DNA of 64,000 nt from Vicugna vicugna (Eukaryota). The notes beneath the pieces are model-generated. The model had not been told where the DNA came from. It did no database searches and saw only the letters and a program-made list of their open reading frames with translations. The stretch spans positions 1,054,001 through 1,118,000 of the forward strand of contig MU058221.1 of the NCBI GenBank assembly GCA_013265495.1, given 5' to 3'. The position numbers and the translations under genes are program-made. Shown piece by piece: positions 22,205 to 34,473 of this stretch (positions are counted from its first letter, which is position 1; each line of letters begins with the position of its first letter).

Positions 22205-24923
22205 CCTCACATTCTCCTCAGAAGCTTACCTTTCCTTTTTGTTATGAACGCTAAGCACTTAAAATGAAATGCATCTAAAATGAAAACATACGGAGCTGAA
22301 ACAAATGATCTGCATACTGACTACTGAAAAACAGCATTTACAGGTAAAAGTAAGTTACAGCATCATATTAGGGTGTGCTTGGAGAGAGAATCTCACTTTC
22401 TTTTCTTTGATAGTAAATTCCAAAGGTCCTGGAATTGTGAAATGTTACTTTGTTCTGAACTGGAACTTGAGATTCTTGCAAAAATTCAATGTTCAAGTAA
22501 TCTTTCTACAAAATGAAGTGATTGATAAAATATATCAAGAATTGTAAAAGAAATTATGGAGGAAACAAAATGTATGTAAATATGAAGGTGAATAAAATAA
22601 TAAAAGGTCCAGAGAACATTATGTTCATAAAGACTGAATCTCATAATTAACAAATGCGGACCTCTAATCCACCTGCAAGTCTTTCCAGAGTGCTTCAAAC
22701 TACATTAATTTTTAATAAACATAAGTAATTATTTTACTGATAATTCCTACTTCTTAAGCAAGTCCCAGAGTCCCTGTTACCTTCTGAGTAATGTTTTATT
22801 GCTATAATGCACAGAGACAAGATTAGGTGGTAAATCAATTTCTCAGTGCACTTACTGAAATTTTAAATTCACTCCCAGTGACACATCCCACAGCAGAGTG
22901 TGACCAAAATAAATTGGCTTTATAGGGACAGAGTTTATAAAGCATTTGATATATGCTGCCCTTAGAAGCAATCTCTAATTTATCACTTACCTATGAAATA
23001 GGGTAATTTTGTGCCTAACAAACTTAGAAGGAAAACACTAATGCTTATAATTTTTTTAATATTGGATTATTCAAAATTTGATTTCCATAAATACTGCCAT
23101 ACTGAAACATTGGGGGAAAAAAATCACATGAAATTTGAGTCCACCTCTTTTCACATTTAGTGAAGTATTACTTCGTACAGCATGCTTTGGCGTTAACAGA
23201 CTTCAGTTATGTAAATATGTCATGCCAATTAACAGTACACCATTCATGGTAAAAATACGCTTGCGAAAGAATTGGCTTCCTGGATTCTAAAGACAGAAAT
23301 GCATAATGGTGCTTTTAAACGTTCAGTAACATAAAATGGGAAGACAGAAGAGAATCAGCACTCCAGGGTATCTCTGCATATCCAGGTACTTCGAAGGTTA
23401 ACGTTCTATTGGTTTGATTTCTTGTTTGTTTGTCTTTGTCAAAAAATAGTATCGGATATTTACATGAAGCATTTAAGACAAAATATTTAACCAGAGGGTC
23501 AGAAATATCTATACATGTGTCTTAACTTCCTAGTGGAAAGAAAATGTACTAACTAAGGAGAATGTCTAAATTTTACCTCCTAGATTGAAAAAAAAATGGG
23601 AGAAAGATTGAGGAAAGCAACAAGGAAATGACGAAAGCTGAAATGAGCACACTGCTGAAGTTCAACCCTGCTGGGGCCTTCTAGGCCAGAGGAAAGGCAA
23701 CCCCAGTGTGAACTGATTACTTTTCTCTGTAAGTAGAGGGCTCATTGGGCAGTGATGACCCCTTGTTCCCCGTGTCCACGGAGAAGACGTCGATTAACAT
23801 GGGAGGCATCGATGATGTTCTTAGGCACCTGCCCTTAGAGTGGAAATGCCATCATAGCATCTCTAGGAAGAGGGCAGACTCTACACCCTAGTAGAAATAA
23901 ATGTCTGCCTCCAAGCATACTTCAGTTGAACAAGATGAATTCTCCCGTCTTTTCCAGCTCAATATTATATATTTTTTCCACAGAAATTATAACAGAAAAA
24001 AACTGTGTTAAGATCTGTGCCCACAGAGGACACAGAGAGCGGTTGGCCACAGGCTCTTCCTTTTACAGCTAGACCAGTGTTTCTCTTTCTTTGAGTTTCT
24101 AGTTTGAAAAAAAAAAAAAGAATTAAAAAAAGAAAAAATTAACTTTTCGGTATACCCCAGTAATGCGTAGGTTTTCTTGCCATCTCAGTAGACAGAAAAC
24201 CCCTCTGTGCGAACTCCCTGTGGACACAGGGGTAGAACTCCAGCCTGCTTAAAAAACTTAGTGTGTTCTGTCTTTTGTTATGTAGCTGCCAACTGAGTCT
24301 CTGCTGATTTATGGGTTTTCCCTTTGTTACACATTGGCCGTTTCACTAAGTTTCAGCCTTATTAGCACCGAGGAGTTGTTTATAGTGAAAATTTGTAAGG
24401 GACACGTAGAAGAGTAAAATGGAAAATATGTTCAGAGATCAAAGATGATTTAGGGGCAATCTCAGGGAAATCGCCTCGTTGATTTGAATCTCAGATAAAG
24501 TTGTGCAAGAGACAGTATTTAACTTGAGGAAAAGCAAATTCATATTTATAGAAGAAAAAAATGAAAATGGACGGGAACCAAGTTTACGTATGAGGGGCAA
24601 ATGCATTTTATATTAATTGCCTCAATAACCATTCATGGTATCTCTTGTCTGTTGGTTGTTCTTGTCTTATCTAAAAGAAACCCAGTGTTTTCTTCGGTGA
24701 TTCTCAGGCAGTGGAATGAGTTAATTCACACACTATGGCCTTCAAGATCCTAAGACAATGATCTTCTGATCCTCCCTCTAAAAGGGGTCAACTTCCCCTC
24801 GTCTGACAATGGGCAGGGTAGCATCATATGAAATTGAATAGCAAGAAATAGCTAGAAATTTCCGGTCTGGGCTTCCTAGATAAATGTAGGCCACCAGTGC
24901 TTCTGAAATCTGTTGACAAAATC

Positions 24924-25330
24924 CATTGTTATATTGGTAGTTATATGACAACTGATTCTTCCAAAAAAAAAAAAAGCCCTGAGTTTTAGTATTTGCCATT
25001 TTCTGTGATGTAACTATTCCCATGTTCATGTCAAGCTAACAGCAGATCACTGAATATTGGGGGGGAAAATGCACAGTAGCATAATATTGTATTTTATTTA
25101 AACATACTGAAAAAATAGAATACATAACCTAGAGAGTATGGATAACAGTAAACTGTGGTAAAATTATTAGGAAGTGGTAAGTTTGAGTAGTTTAAGGATT
25201 GGCCACATTAAAAATGATGTATAAAATGTCTATTTATGCAAATTAATTTTTAATAATCAGGTTTTAAATTTCCTGAAAATTAAAAATTGGTTCTTTTCAG
25301 ACAATGTAAGTCAGTTCCAGCAGATTATTG
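24924..25330. mobile_element. MER63B/C-like hAT element
   Basis: aaaaaagccctgagttttagtatttgccattttctgtgatgtaactattccca...tgtggtaaaattattaggaagtggtaagtttgagta...gtcagttccagcagattattg. Confidence 0.75.
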
Positions 25331-25345
25331 AATACAATCACACTC

Positions 25346-25381
25346 ATATATATATATATGTGTGTGTGTGTATTGTATATA
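25346..25381. repeat. (TA)n(TG)n microsatellite
   Basis: Seen directly. Confidence 0.85.
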
Positions 25382-25923
25382 TAATGTAAGCCTGTCTCAA
25401 TTCAAGCTATCCCATTATAAACAAATTCTAATAGCCTTATATCTAACATCCATAATGTCAGCTACTTTAGGGATTATCCGGTGTCCACTATAGAAAACAA
25501 GTCATCACAAAATCGTATTTCCTTTGGAAGCCTCGATAATTTAAGGGATCATCTTTAAGGCTCCTTACCGAGCCATGGAGCACAAAATTTCTAAATCTCC
25601 ACTGCCCATTGCCACCTGAAACCAAACATGGGATCCCTGGGTACACGTGACAGAGCTGTCATTGGCTAAAATAATACTCTTAATTCTTACATGATCCCTC
25701 TGTCTTAAAACCCTAGCTGGAGTCCTGTCTTGGTGTGCTGTGGTAAAACTCTTGTCAAGAACCCAATCAAAAGTTTTCTGTGAGGAAAATTCCTCCTTGT
25801 TTGCTTCCTTTCTTCTTGGCCTTTGAATGTTCATGTTAATAATAGGCTGTCCTAATTAGATGAGCAGCTCTTCCACGACAGGTGGTCCAACACGACACGG
25901 TGAGAGGAAGGAAGAGATTTGAC

Positions 25924-25984
25924 TTCTTTTTCTCTCTCTTTCTCTCTCTCTTTCTCTCTCTTTCTCTCTTCCTCTCTTTCTCTT
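25924..25984. repeat. (CT)n-rich polypyrimidine tract
   Basis: Seen directly. Confidence 0.9.
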
Positions 25985-26124
25985 ATTTTTACTGAAGACT
26001 CCATCAGAAAATGCAAAGCCTCTAGTGTCCTCTGTGACCTGAATGCCACTCATGGAGTTCAGAGGAGGAATATGACATAAAAATCAACTTCACAGAAAGC
26101 ACATAGATTATATATATGATATAT

Positions 26125-26240
26125 ATCTCAATGAAGGATCAGAAAAGTGAAATAATTTGTCCAAGGTTAAACAAACTATAGTAAGTACCGATATTTGAAC
26201 CCAGGAATGCCTGGCTCTAGTGCTCATCTGCTTACTAACT
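26125..26240 (-). mobile_element. MIR SINE
   Basis: agaaaagtgaaataatttgtccaaggttaaacaaacta...gatatttgaacccaggaatgcctggctctagtgctc. Confidence 0.75.
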
Positions 26241-29200
26241 TCCCTTAACTTAGTTCTGAATTAAACCCCGAAATTGTAAGAGCATTTGACCCAGGGGTTT
26301 AACTATACTTGTTTGAGATATTATCCCTCAGACACTCCTCTGTTTCAAAGGCTCTCAATCAAATCTCGCAGAAATCTTGCAGTTACTTTCAAGGGAGAAA
26401 CATCAGATGGGAAAAGCACTAATATGAAATAATACAGATAGTAAATAATTAAAATGAATTAATTTACAAAATACAATTTACCACCTGTTCACAAGAATGT
26501 TTCTATTCCATCATTATCAAATCCAATCAACATTCTGCAAATGAAGTAGAAAGACATGGTCCGAGGAAGTGATTTTCAGAAGTTTTAGAACATGGTCCTC
26601 AGTGGAAAACAGACTTTGTGTCATTACACAGTACACGCACATACACACCCCCCGGCACACACACAATGGAAACAAAGTTACATAAAACAGCATTTATCTT
26701 TGCCAGGTGAGATTTCCCATATTTTATCTATTGCATTTCATTCATTTGACCCATTAACTTGGTTTCAGTCTTATTGCTAGATTACAACCCACAGCTGACA
26801 ACAGATTTGGTAAAATTTTCCACCCCATCTTTTTAATCAACTTAAAAAAAAAATCTGGTCTTTATCTTTGGTTATGTCATTTCACCAAACTACAGAAAGA
26901 GAGAGAATGAAATTCCACCAATTTTATCTAGTGTTAGTCCTCTAACTTTTGCTTCATGTACAGTCAAATATAATATTATTTGCTTGTATTCTTCCTAAGC
27001 AATTCATTCAATTCAATCTAATTTTTGTTACCTTTTTTTTGATATGGAGTTCTTCCTTTTACTGGGCAGAGATGTTGCTGCCTGAAATGTTCACTCTCTC
27101 ACCCATGATCTGAACTTGAGGTCTTACAGAATTCTTTTCCTCTCCCATAGGATATCTCAGATATGTAAAGAAATCTTTCTTGTGCCATCTTATTTATTTC
27201 TCCCAGAATATAAACACCATGGTTATTTAATATTTGCATAATGACATGGTCTTGAGTGTTTTTACTCCCCTGCTCACTCTTTGAGTTCACTCTGACTCAC
27301 TTGTGTTCTAGTTAAAGTACTTTTCACAGAACTGAACACAATTCCTAAGGGTTGTCTCTCACTAACTCACTCTAACTCTTCTAAGATTAAAAACTTTTAT
27401 TCATGGATTCCTTTCATATCCTCTTTAGGCTCATTTTTACTTGTGGAAAATTTACTGTGGGACATAAAATGCAGATTTCAACTATGAATTTGATCTTCGA
27501 GGTGACTTTCATAGAGTGTATTAAAAAAAAAAGAATCCCCAGGCTGCTCCAAGTTGATAGATCATGTCAGCCAACATCCTATCTTTCTCCAAAACGCATA
27601 CTTCAAAAGGGCTGCTTACACTGTGTTTTGGAATTTTCTTTAAGTTGAAAATGGAAACAGGTTGTGTAAAGAAGAATCCTTTTCTATGAATTGAATTTTT
27701 CAGTGGAGGTGCAAATCTAGAAAATTGACCTCAAATTTTCTCCTCTCCTTGAAAAATCAGTAGAAAAAAAAAACTGTCATGTACTTAATGACTACAGTAT
27801 TAAGTGAGAAAGGGTTTGGATAAAATAGGTCTATTGGAGTTGGTGAAGCTGCATCGTGAGTTGAAAGATGGATTATTATAAGAATGCCATTAGCTCAGAC
27901 AGACTAATCAAACCCTAATGAGAGTGGCAAGTAGACCTGAATTATATGACATTTTCCTCATTCATTTGACATCCATTTTTTGAGTGCTTAATTGTGTGGT
28001 TTCTTGTTGTTCTTCATCTCAACCCAACATTTCTGTGTTAGAACTAGCTTACTATAGAAGGGCTGATGGATAGAACCATTTTCAGGTGACTTCCTGCTGT
28101 TTTGAAGCTTTTTGTGTATTAATCTATGCTGGCCTGAAGTTGTCATTATGCTATTATTTTTCAAGGAAGTAAATTTTAACTAAGGGTATCTTGAAACATC
28201 CTTGCATCTTTCTTCTAGACCACGTTAACTACAGTGTTGCACCATTCCAATGCTCTCTTCAAACCCAATTTTCTTCAACTCTTAGCTTCACATACCATAA
28301 TTTAAATGCCGTGAGTCACTGGGTCCAAAGACATCAATTACATAAGCATTGGAATGGAAATGCGATTGTGGCAGAGCCATAGATAATTCAGAGAACAAAT
28401 CTGATAGGCAAAACCCTAACTTTCCATAAAAGATAAAGATTCCATGACTGTGTCGTGTCATAGGGTTCAGGGAAGAAGAGCACAGCTGGAAATAAAACAT
28501 TTGGAAGCTGCGCAGAGAAAAAATGTGTTTGTTTCTATGTTCTTATTTGAAGATAGGACGATAACTTCATTAGCACAAAATACATAGGTATAAATGCTGC
28601 TTTACTACAATGTACTAAAATACACTTTGCTTCCTTCAAGTATTGTAAAAACAGGGTGGAGAAGGATGTGTACCCTTCAGTTACAGAGAGAGAACACAAG
28701 ATAATCAACAGACGGTAGCGCCTTCTTTCCTTTCACTTTCCTTTGTCTCTTTCTTGATATGAGAACCGACTTGCTCCTTCTTTAATCGAAGCAATTAAAA
28801 AAAAAAAAAAACTTCAAACTTGGTCTTTCAGTTTAAATTCCAGGCCTCTTCCAATGCCTGTCCCTTCCTTTCCAAAACCCCCAACACCCCTCTATCAGGA
28901 TCCTATTCTGGTGTTAGTCTTCCAGATTTTGAGCTTTGGGTGTTCTTGCTTTTTGGTAACCCTAGTTAGTAACCCACATCGTAACCCTAGTCTGCTTTAT
29001 TATTTATCCCTTCTCTCTCTCTCTCTCTCTCATTGGCATTGACATGGTTTTTTAGGAAGACGCTTGAAGATGAACCAGAGGCTATAACGTCCTGGTCTTC
29101 TATCCTGGAACTGTCAGTCATCCACTGATGAACTGTTGACTACGGTTCTAAAATACAGTGAATCATTTTGCAGTGCAAACACTATATGGTGGTTATGGCA

Positions 29201-30494
29201 CCTGACACATGGCAAATGTCTAACATCTAAATGTTAGTTTATACAGAAATGTCTTACCCAGATTAGTAATTTGGACGATACGCATGTAAACTTCTGGTGC
29301 AACGTCCTGACCTTTGTACCAGATGAGTGGGCGTGTCTGTCAGGAAACGTGGCCCCTTTAATGTCTCCAATTACATCAGCTTCACCGAACATGCTCCTTC
29401 CTGGTCAAACCAAGGGCACTGACATGCACCTCAGCTGAAGTCCCTCTGCTCTTGACCCGGAAAAGCCTTGATTACATACTGTGCTTCTGGGCCAAGAAGT
29501 TGAAGTTTCAGGGCCATTTTAGTCCACCTCAGTGGTCTATAACTGCTAAACACAGAAATGATAGTTTTGGGCTGAAAAGTAGAATGTTTAATCAAGGACA
29601 CTGATGATTTTTGAGGCTTATAGAAAAATTCATATCATTTCTTCCTTTTGACTTTAGTACCCGTTATAGCCAAATAAATGAAGAAAGGTGTTTAAAGTTT
29701 CTTAGACTTGCTGACAGCCCATTTCCTAAGGACTGTTAGCTTCCAGTGACCCTCACCTGTTGACCCTTTTATGCACCTTTGTTCTGACTTGGACATCATG
29801 GTGTTACAGGCAACTACCAAATTCTGTCTCGCCACTGGGCCCACTTTGGACCTGGAGGCAGCAATCCACACCGCGCTCTGTCAGCTTCTCTGGTTCTGCT
29901 ACTATTAAGACAGCGTGACCCATAACTCACATATACTAAGCCTTAAAGAGCAAATTAAGCCTTCACTTAAATGCATTAATTAAAATAGTGTAAAATAAAA
30001 TTTACGTCATTATTAACAAGTAGATAAAATACACAGCTTGTCACCAACCTCTACTACTGTAGGTCTTGCTTCGAAAATCAATTTCTACTTTAAAAAAATG
30101 AATTGGCTGCAGTTTCCAAGCAGACGATGAGTAGGCTTGGATCTAATTTTCTGCTACTGCTGAGTTTACTCTCATGATGTCCTAATTTATCTCTTCACCC
30201 TCTCTTTCCATTGGTCTTCTAAACTCCCCGTGCGAACTGCTTTTCTGTCCACATCTACAGCTTTCTCTGCCTCATGACTTAGAACCCCCTTTGGTTTGCT
30301 AACAGTGCCCTCACCCTCAGAGAAAAGGTTGTGTATTGAAACGTATGCATGTATTTTGATTCCCAGAAGTGCCACCAGGACGTCATTTCCCAGGAAATAT
30401 CAATGACCGTTTTTAAAGTTCCTGAACGTTAGAAACAAAAACTATTTGTTCACGTCTCCAGGGCGTCTTGGAGTTAAGTGTAAGGGGTGTGACA

Positions 30495-31028
30495 TAGTCG
30501 TTGTCTATTAAATATGGCTTCAAATTCATTTCCACTCCTCCCGCTGAGAGGTGGGGTCTAATTCCCCTTGCCTTGCGTCTGGGTTGACCTAGAGGTGTGC
30601 CTGAGCAATGTAATAATGCAGGAATATGGCTCTTACACTTCAGAGGCGGAGTCACATAAAGGCTTTGGGATCCTGCCTAGGTTTCTGAGAACACTTGTTC
30701 TTAGAGCCCACAGCCACCAGGTAAAAAGTCTGGCTACCCTGTTGTGGAGAGCGTATGAGAGGCCCCGAGACTACCTGGAGGGAGAAAAGGGCCCAGGTGT
30801 ACCCGGTCTTCCAGCTACAGCGAAAGGCCTGTGAGTGAAGCCATCTTGGACCATCTAGACCACATGCTAAACGCCACCGAGTGACTTGTGTCAGTGCCAT
30901 GCGGGAGCAAAAAAATCCCCTGCAGAACTTGTTCCACTATTACAGAGACATAGAATAATATGACTCGGTGGCTTTAGGCCACTAAATTTGGAAAACTGTT
31001 TGTTATGGAGCCATCGATAGCTTAAACG
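30495..31028 (+). mobile_element. ERVL-MaLR solo LTR (MLT1H/G-like)
   Basis: atggcttcaaattcatttccactcctcccgctgagaggtggggtctaattcccct...tgtgagtgaagccatcttggac...ctttaggccactaaatttggaaaactgtttgttatggagccatcgatagc. Confidence 0.85.
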
Positions 31029-33379
31029 CAGTTCAACATCAAATGCATCTGTGGAGGTCACTGGTCGGACGGCTGGTGACAACCACAAGTTTGCTGTCAG
31101 AGCACGTCTCATCTGTAACCGAGATGCAGGCTATAGGAGGAATTTCAAAATTCAAAATATTATGGAGCTCGGAACAAATCATCTTGAAGTATCTAAGTTA
31201 GCAGTTAAACATTTAAATTACAAGCCCTCTCGCGTTCAGTTCATTATATTTTATCTGAAGTCAGCAAGTGTGGTGGATTACGAATGAGGAACAACTATGT
31301 TTAGAATGAAAGTAACATAATTTAAAATCTCCAACTTCTGTTCAAAATCTCCCTAAGGAACAGATAGGGTGTGTTGTGTGTGTGTGTGTCTGTGATGTTA
31401 TGTCCACATTTGTTTACTTACTGACTTTGTTAGCTTGGGAGTTAATTTAAATCCAAAACACAATCTCAGTCTCCTTAGGTCTTAGTTTCTCTGGAACTAA
31501 GGAATTTTTCACATTCTTTCATTTTTTAATTTTTGTAACTGTGTCTGCCGGCTAAACGGAAGCTGCTGGCGAAAATGCTTGACTCTGACTGGTAAGCAAC
31601 AGAAATGGCGGCAGCGGTGATCAGCGCCTGGGCAACCCTCTCACATCCCGAGGACATCACTATGCTTTTGTTTTTATTTTGTTCTGAGTACATACACACC
31701 TGCAGACAACAGGGCTGTCACGGCAGTGCACTGCCAGGGAAGGCTTGATTTAATAGAACTTTCATGGAAGCAGGGAAGGAAAATAAAGAAAGGTTATTTA
31801 TGCTAAGTGGGTTTGGTGCAAATCAAAATTGAATTGTAAATGAGGCTGACAGCACCTTAGCAAAGAATAATGCGTTTTCATTCCACCATCCACACCTCTG
31901 CTCTCCCCTTTCCACCATTTTACCACTCAGACTCTTGAAAAATCACAAACCAACCAACCAAAGAAAACTTGCTTTGCAGATGAGCGCTGTGGCACTACTT
32001 TGAGATCTTTCTCTTTTACTGTATACGACTCTAAAAATCAGCAAAATACGAAACATTATGTTATTTTACCTTCAGCATTTAATCACTTCTGATCAAAATG
32101 TCTGTGAAGCTGGCAAACATCTCTAACATCCCTGTGCAGATGTATTTAGTTCCTCGTGGGATTATGTTTTTTTTCAAAGTCAATCTGTATTGCCTCTGAA
32201 TACAAGAAATGCATAAGCTTTTAAAACACAGGCCATTAAAAATGTCAAACTCTATTATGATAGAAGGGTTATGTAAAAGATACAAATTGAAATAAAAGCA
32301 AATCTCTAGGTTCTAATTCCTGGATAAAGCAACGGGGCTGTAACGCAAGTATCTCGTTTATCTGCACAAACACACAAAATCATAGCTTCCCTAAAAGAAG
32401 AATCTGAACACCTGTCTCCACTGTCCTGTTCTCCAGACTCCCGTTGAAAGTAACCATGAAGGTGCTAGAAACGTAAAGGAACCTTCCTTTAATTCATCAA
32501 ACGCAGCTCATCAGCAAAATGGCAAACTTAGTAGCAAGATCTTGAAGAAATTCCACACTCACAATAAGCTACATAAGAAAGCAATCACCTGTTCAGCTAT
32601 TATTGCATAAAACAGAAGTAAGAAGGGTTACTTACGTCTCCCAGGCTGCCACACACACCTGAAGATGCCAGGGAGCCCAGTACAGGGTTCCCAAGGAGCC
32701 TGAGGTCTCCTGCCTCTAAAATACTGGCCAGAACCTCATCTCCTTCTGCCCACCCCATGCTTAACCTCCTTTGTCACTCCTAGAAGAAAATCTCTTGCTT
32801 TAAGAATTAGCGGTGCCCTGAAACCTACTGTAAAGGACCCGGAGTACTGCTCTGGAATTCTCTGGGAGGAACAAACATGGTTAAAGTACCTAGTTTTGAT
32901 GATTTTTTTAAAATTTTCTGTGTTAAACAAAAATAAAACAGCCCCCACAAGACAGAACGTAGAGGTGACAGAAGTTTTTGTTTCCCTTGAATAGAGGGTC
33001 TCCAGGAGAAAGGGATTTAAAAACTAGATGTTGACTTGAGGTTTTGAACCGTCAACTGGCTGCTCTGCAGTGTGAGACCAACGTAACAAAGGAAGAGTAA
33101 AGAACTAAACAAATAACCAGAACGAGTCACAGTCCAGGGTCCTGGGAAGGAACAGAAGAAGGAAAAGTCTGCGGTGAAGATCGTAAGGAGCACACGTCTC
33201 TTAAAATTGTCTCCTGGAACACGCCACGGAAGTTTCCCAAGAAGAGGCAATAAAATCGTAGGTAACGATTACGCGGAGGGTTCCTCTTACAGAAAAGGAC
33301 AAGCAGTTCTAAACGGAAGACTGATCTTAAAAAATATGAAAACTCCAAGTGAGTCATTACTGAAGAAAACTGTTTATTA

Positions 33380-34465
33380 AATAGAAAAAGAAGTGAGATA
33401 AAATCATCTTTTCAGTAAAGGACAGTTCTTGAATAAAATGGATGGTTAGAGAATACATAACACACAGAAGAAGAAATACAGAAGAGAGTAAAGCACCCAA
33501 CATGACAACTTTAGGATTTTAGATTAAAAAGTTTCCATGTCAGATAGACTAACTTTTAAAAAAAAAATCCACTTCTATCCTGATGGGATTTATGAACTCA
33601 CATGATAAAGGGAAAAATATATAATCTACAGAGAGAGAAGAGTTTATGCATAAAAGAAAAAAAAATGTCAGCATAGGAGTCAACTTTTATCCACAATAAT
33701 AAAAACTAGACGTCAGTAGAATTTACAGACCTCAGAAACATCTCAGACTATATATTCTGAAAACTTTTCTAGCTGCAGGACACCCACAAGTGCTGGATAA
33801 AATACTGCACTCTCTCCTTCCACACGAACACAAGCACACAGGGCTGGGTATTAAGAAAGTAAGGGAGCCCTGGCCAGTGAAACCTTAGCATGGATTAAGG
33901 GTTGCCCAGCGATAGTTGCTGAAAACAGTAACCTGGCAGGTAGAAACGGCGTTCTTGGGGACATGGCCACGTTGTCATTGTGGGACAGCACAGGTTAGAA
34001 AGCACCTTCCTTTCCGCAAAATTGTGCTCCTTGGCTTTGCGTCTGGTCAGAGAAAAAAAGCAGTCTCCCGTATGAATTTATAATCCAGCCTTGCCCTGCG
34101 GGTATTCAGGATTTGCATGTAAATTAGCTCTCCTGTCTGAACACCTCAAGCCCAGAAAACATTTTAAACTATTCCCCAGTCAGACGTCCCCTCGTCGCCC
34201 CGACAGAAGCAATTGAAAATTCCCTCTGGGAGGATGCAGCTGAAACTCAGACTCATCAGGTCACCTGCAAAAAGAGATGTGCCTGAAAACATGAGAATAA
34301 ACAGAAATAAACAAACAGGGGAATCAGACCCATGATTCTTTCAGATACAGATATTGTTAGGAAGGAATATGAAATACATATATGTAAACACTAATAAAAC
34401 GAAAGGAGCGTTAGTAACCTAGCAAATGTTTAGGAACTATAGAAATGGCAAGGGAAACATGAAAT
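33380..34465 (+). mobile_element. Old LINE-1 (L1M) ORF1 and 5' region remnants
   Basis: An A-rich ORF1-like stretch (33380-33720) is followed by L1M 5'-like sequence (ttctgaaaacttttctagc...gctggataaaatac; cagaagcaattgaaaattccctctgggagga). Confidence 0.5.
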
Positions 34466-34473
34466 GAGTACAC

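Noticed and set aside
27295..27345. Minus-strand exon ending in gtgagt
   Set aside because: The acceptor is weak and the sequence (cagaactgaacacaattcc) resembles a CR1/L3 remnant.
28957..28992. Interstitial telomere-like repeat (gtaaccctagt twice)
   Set aside because: There are only two or three imperfect, non-tandem units and no (CCCTAA)n array.
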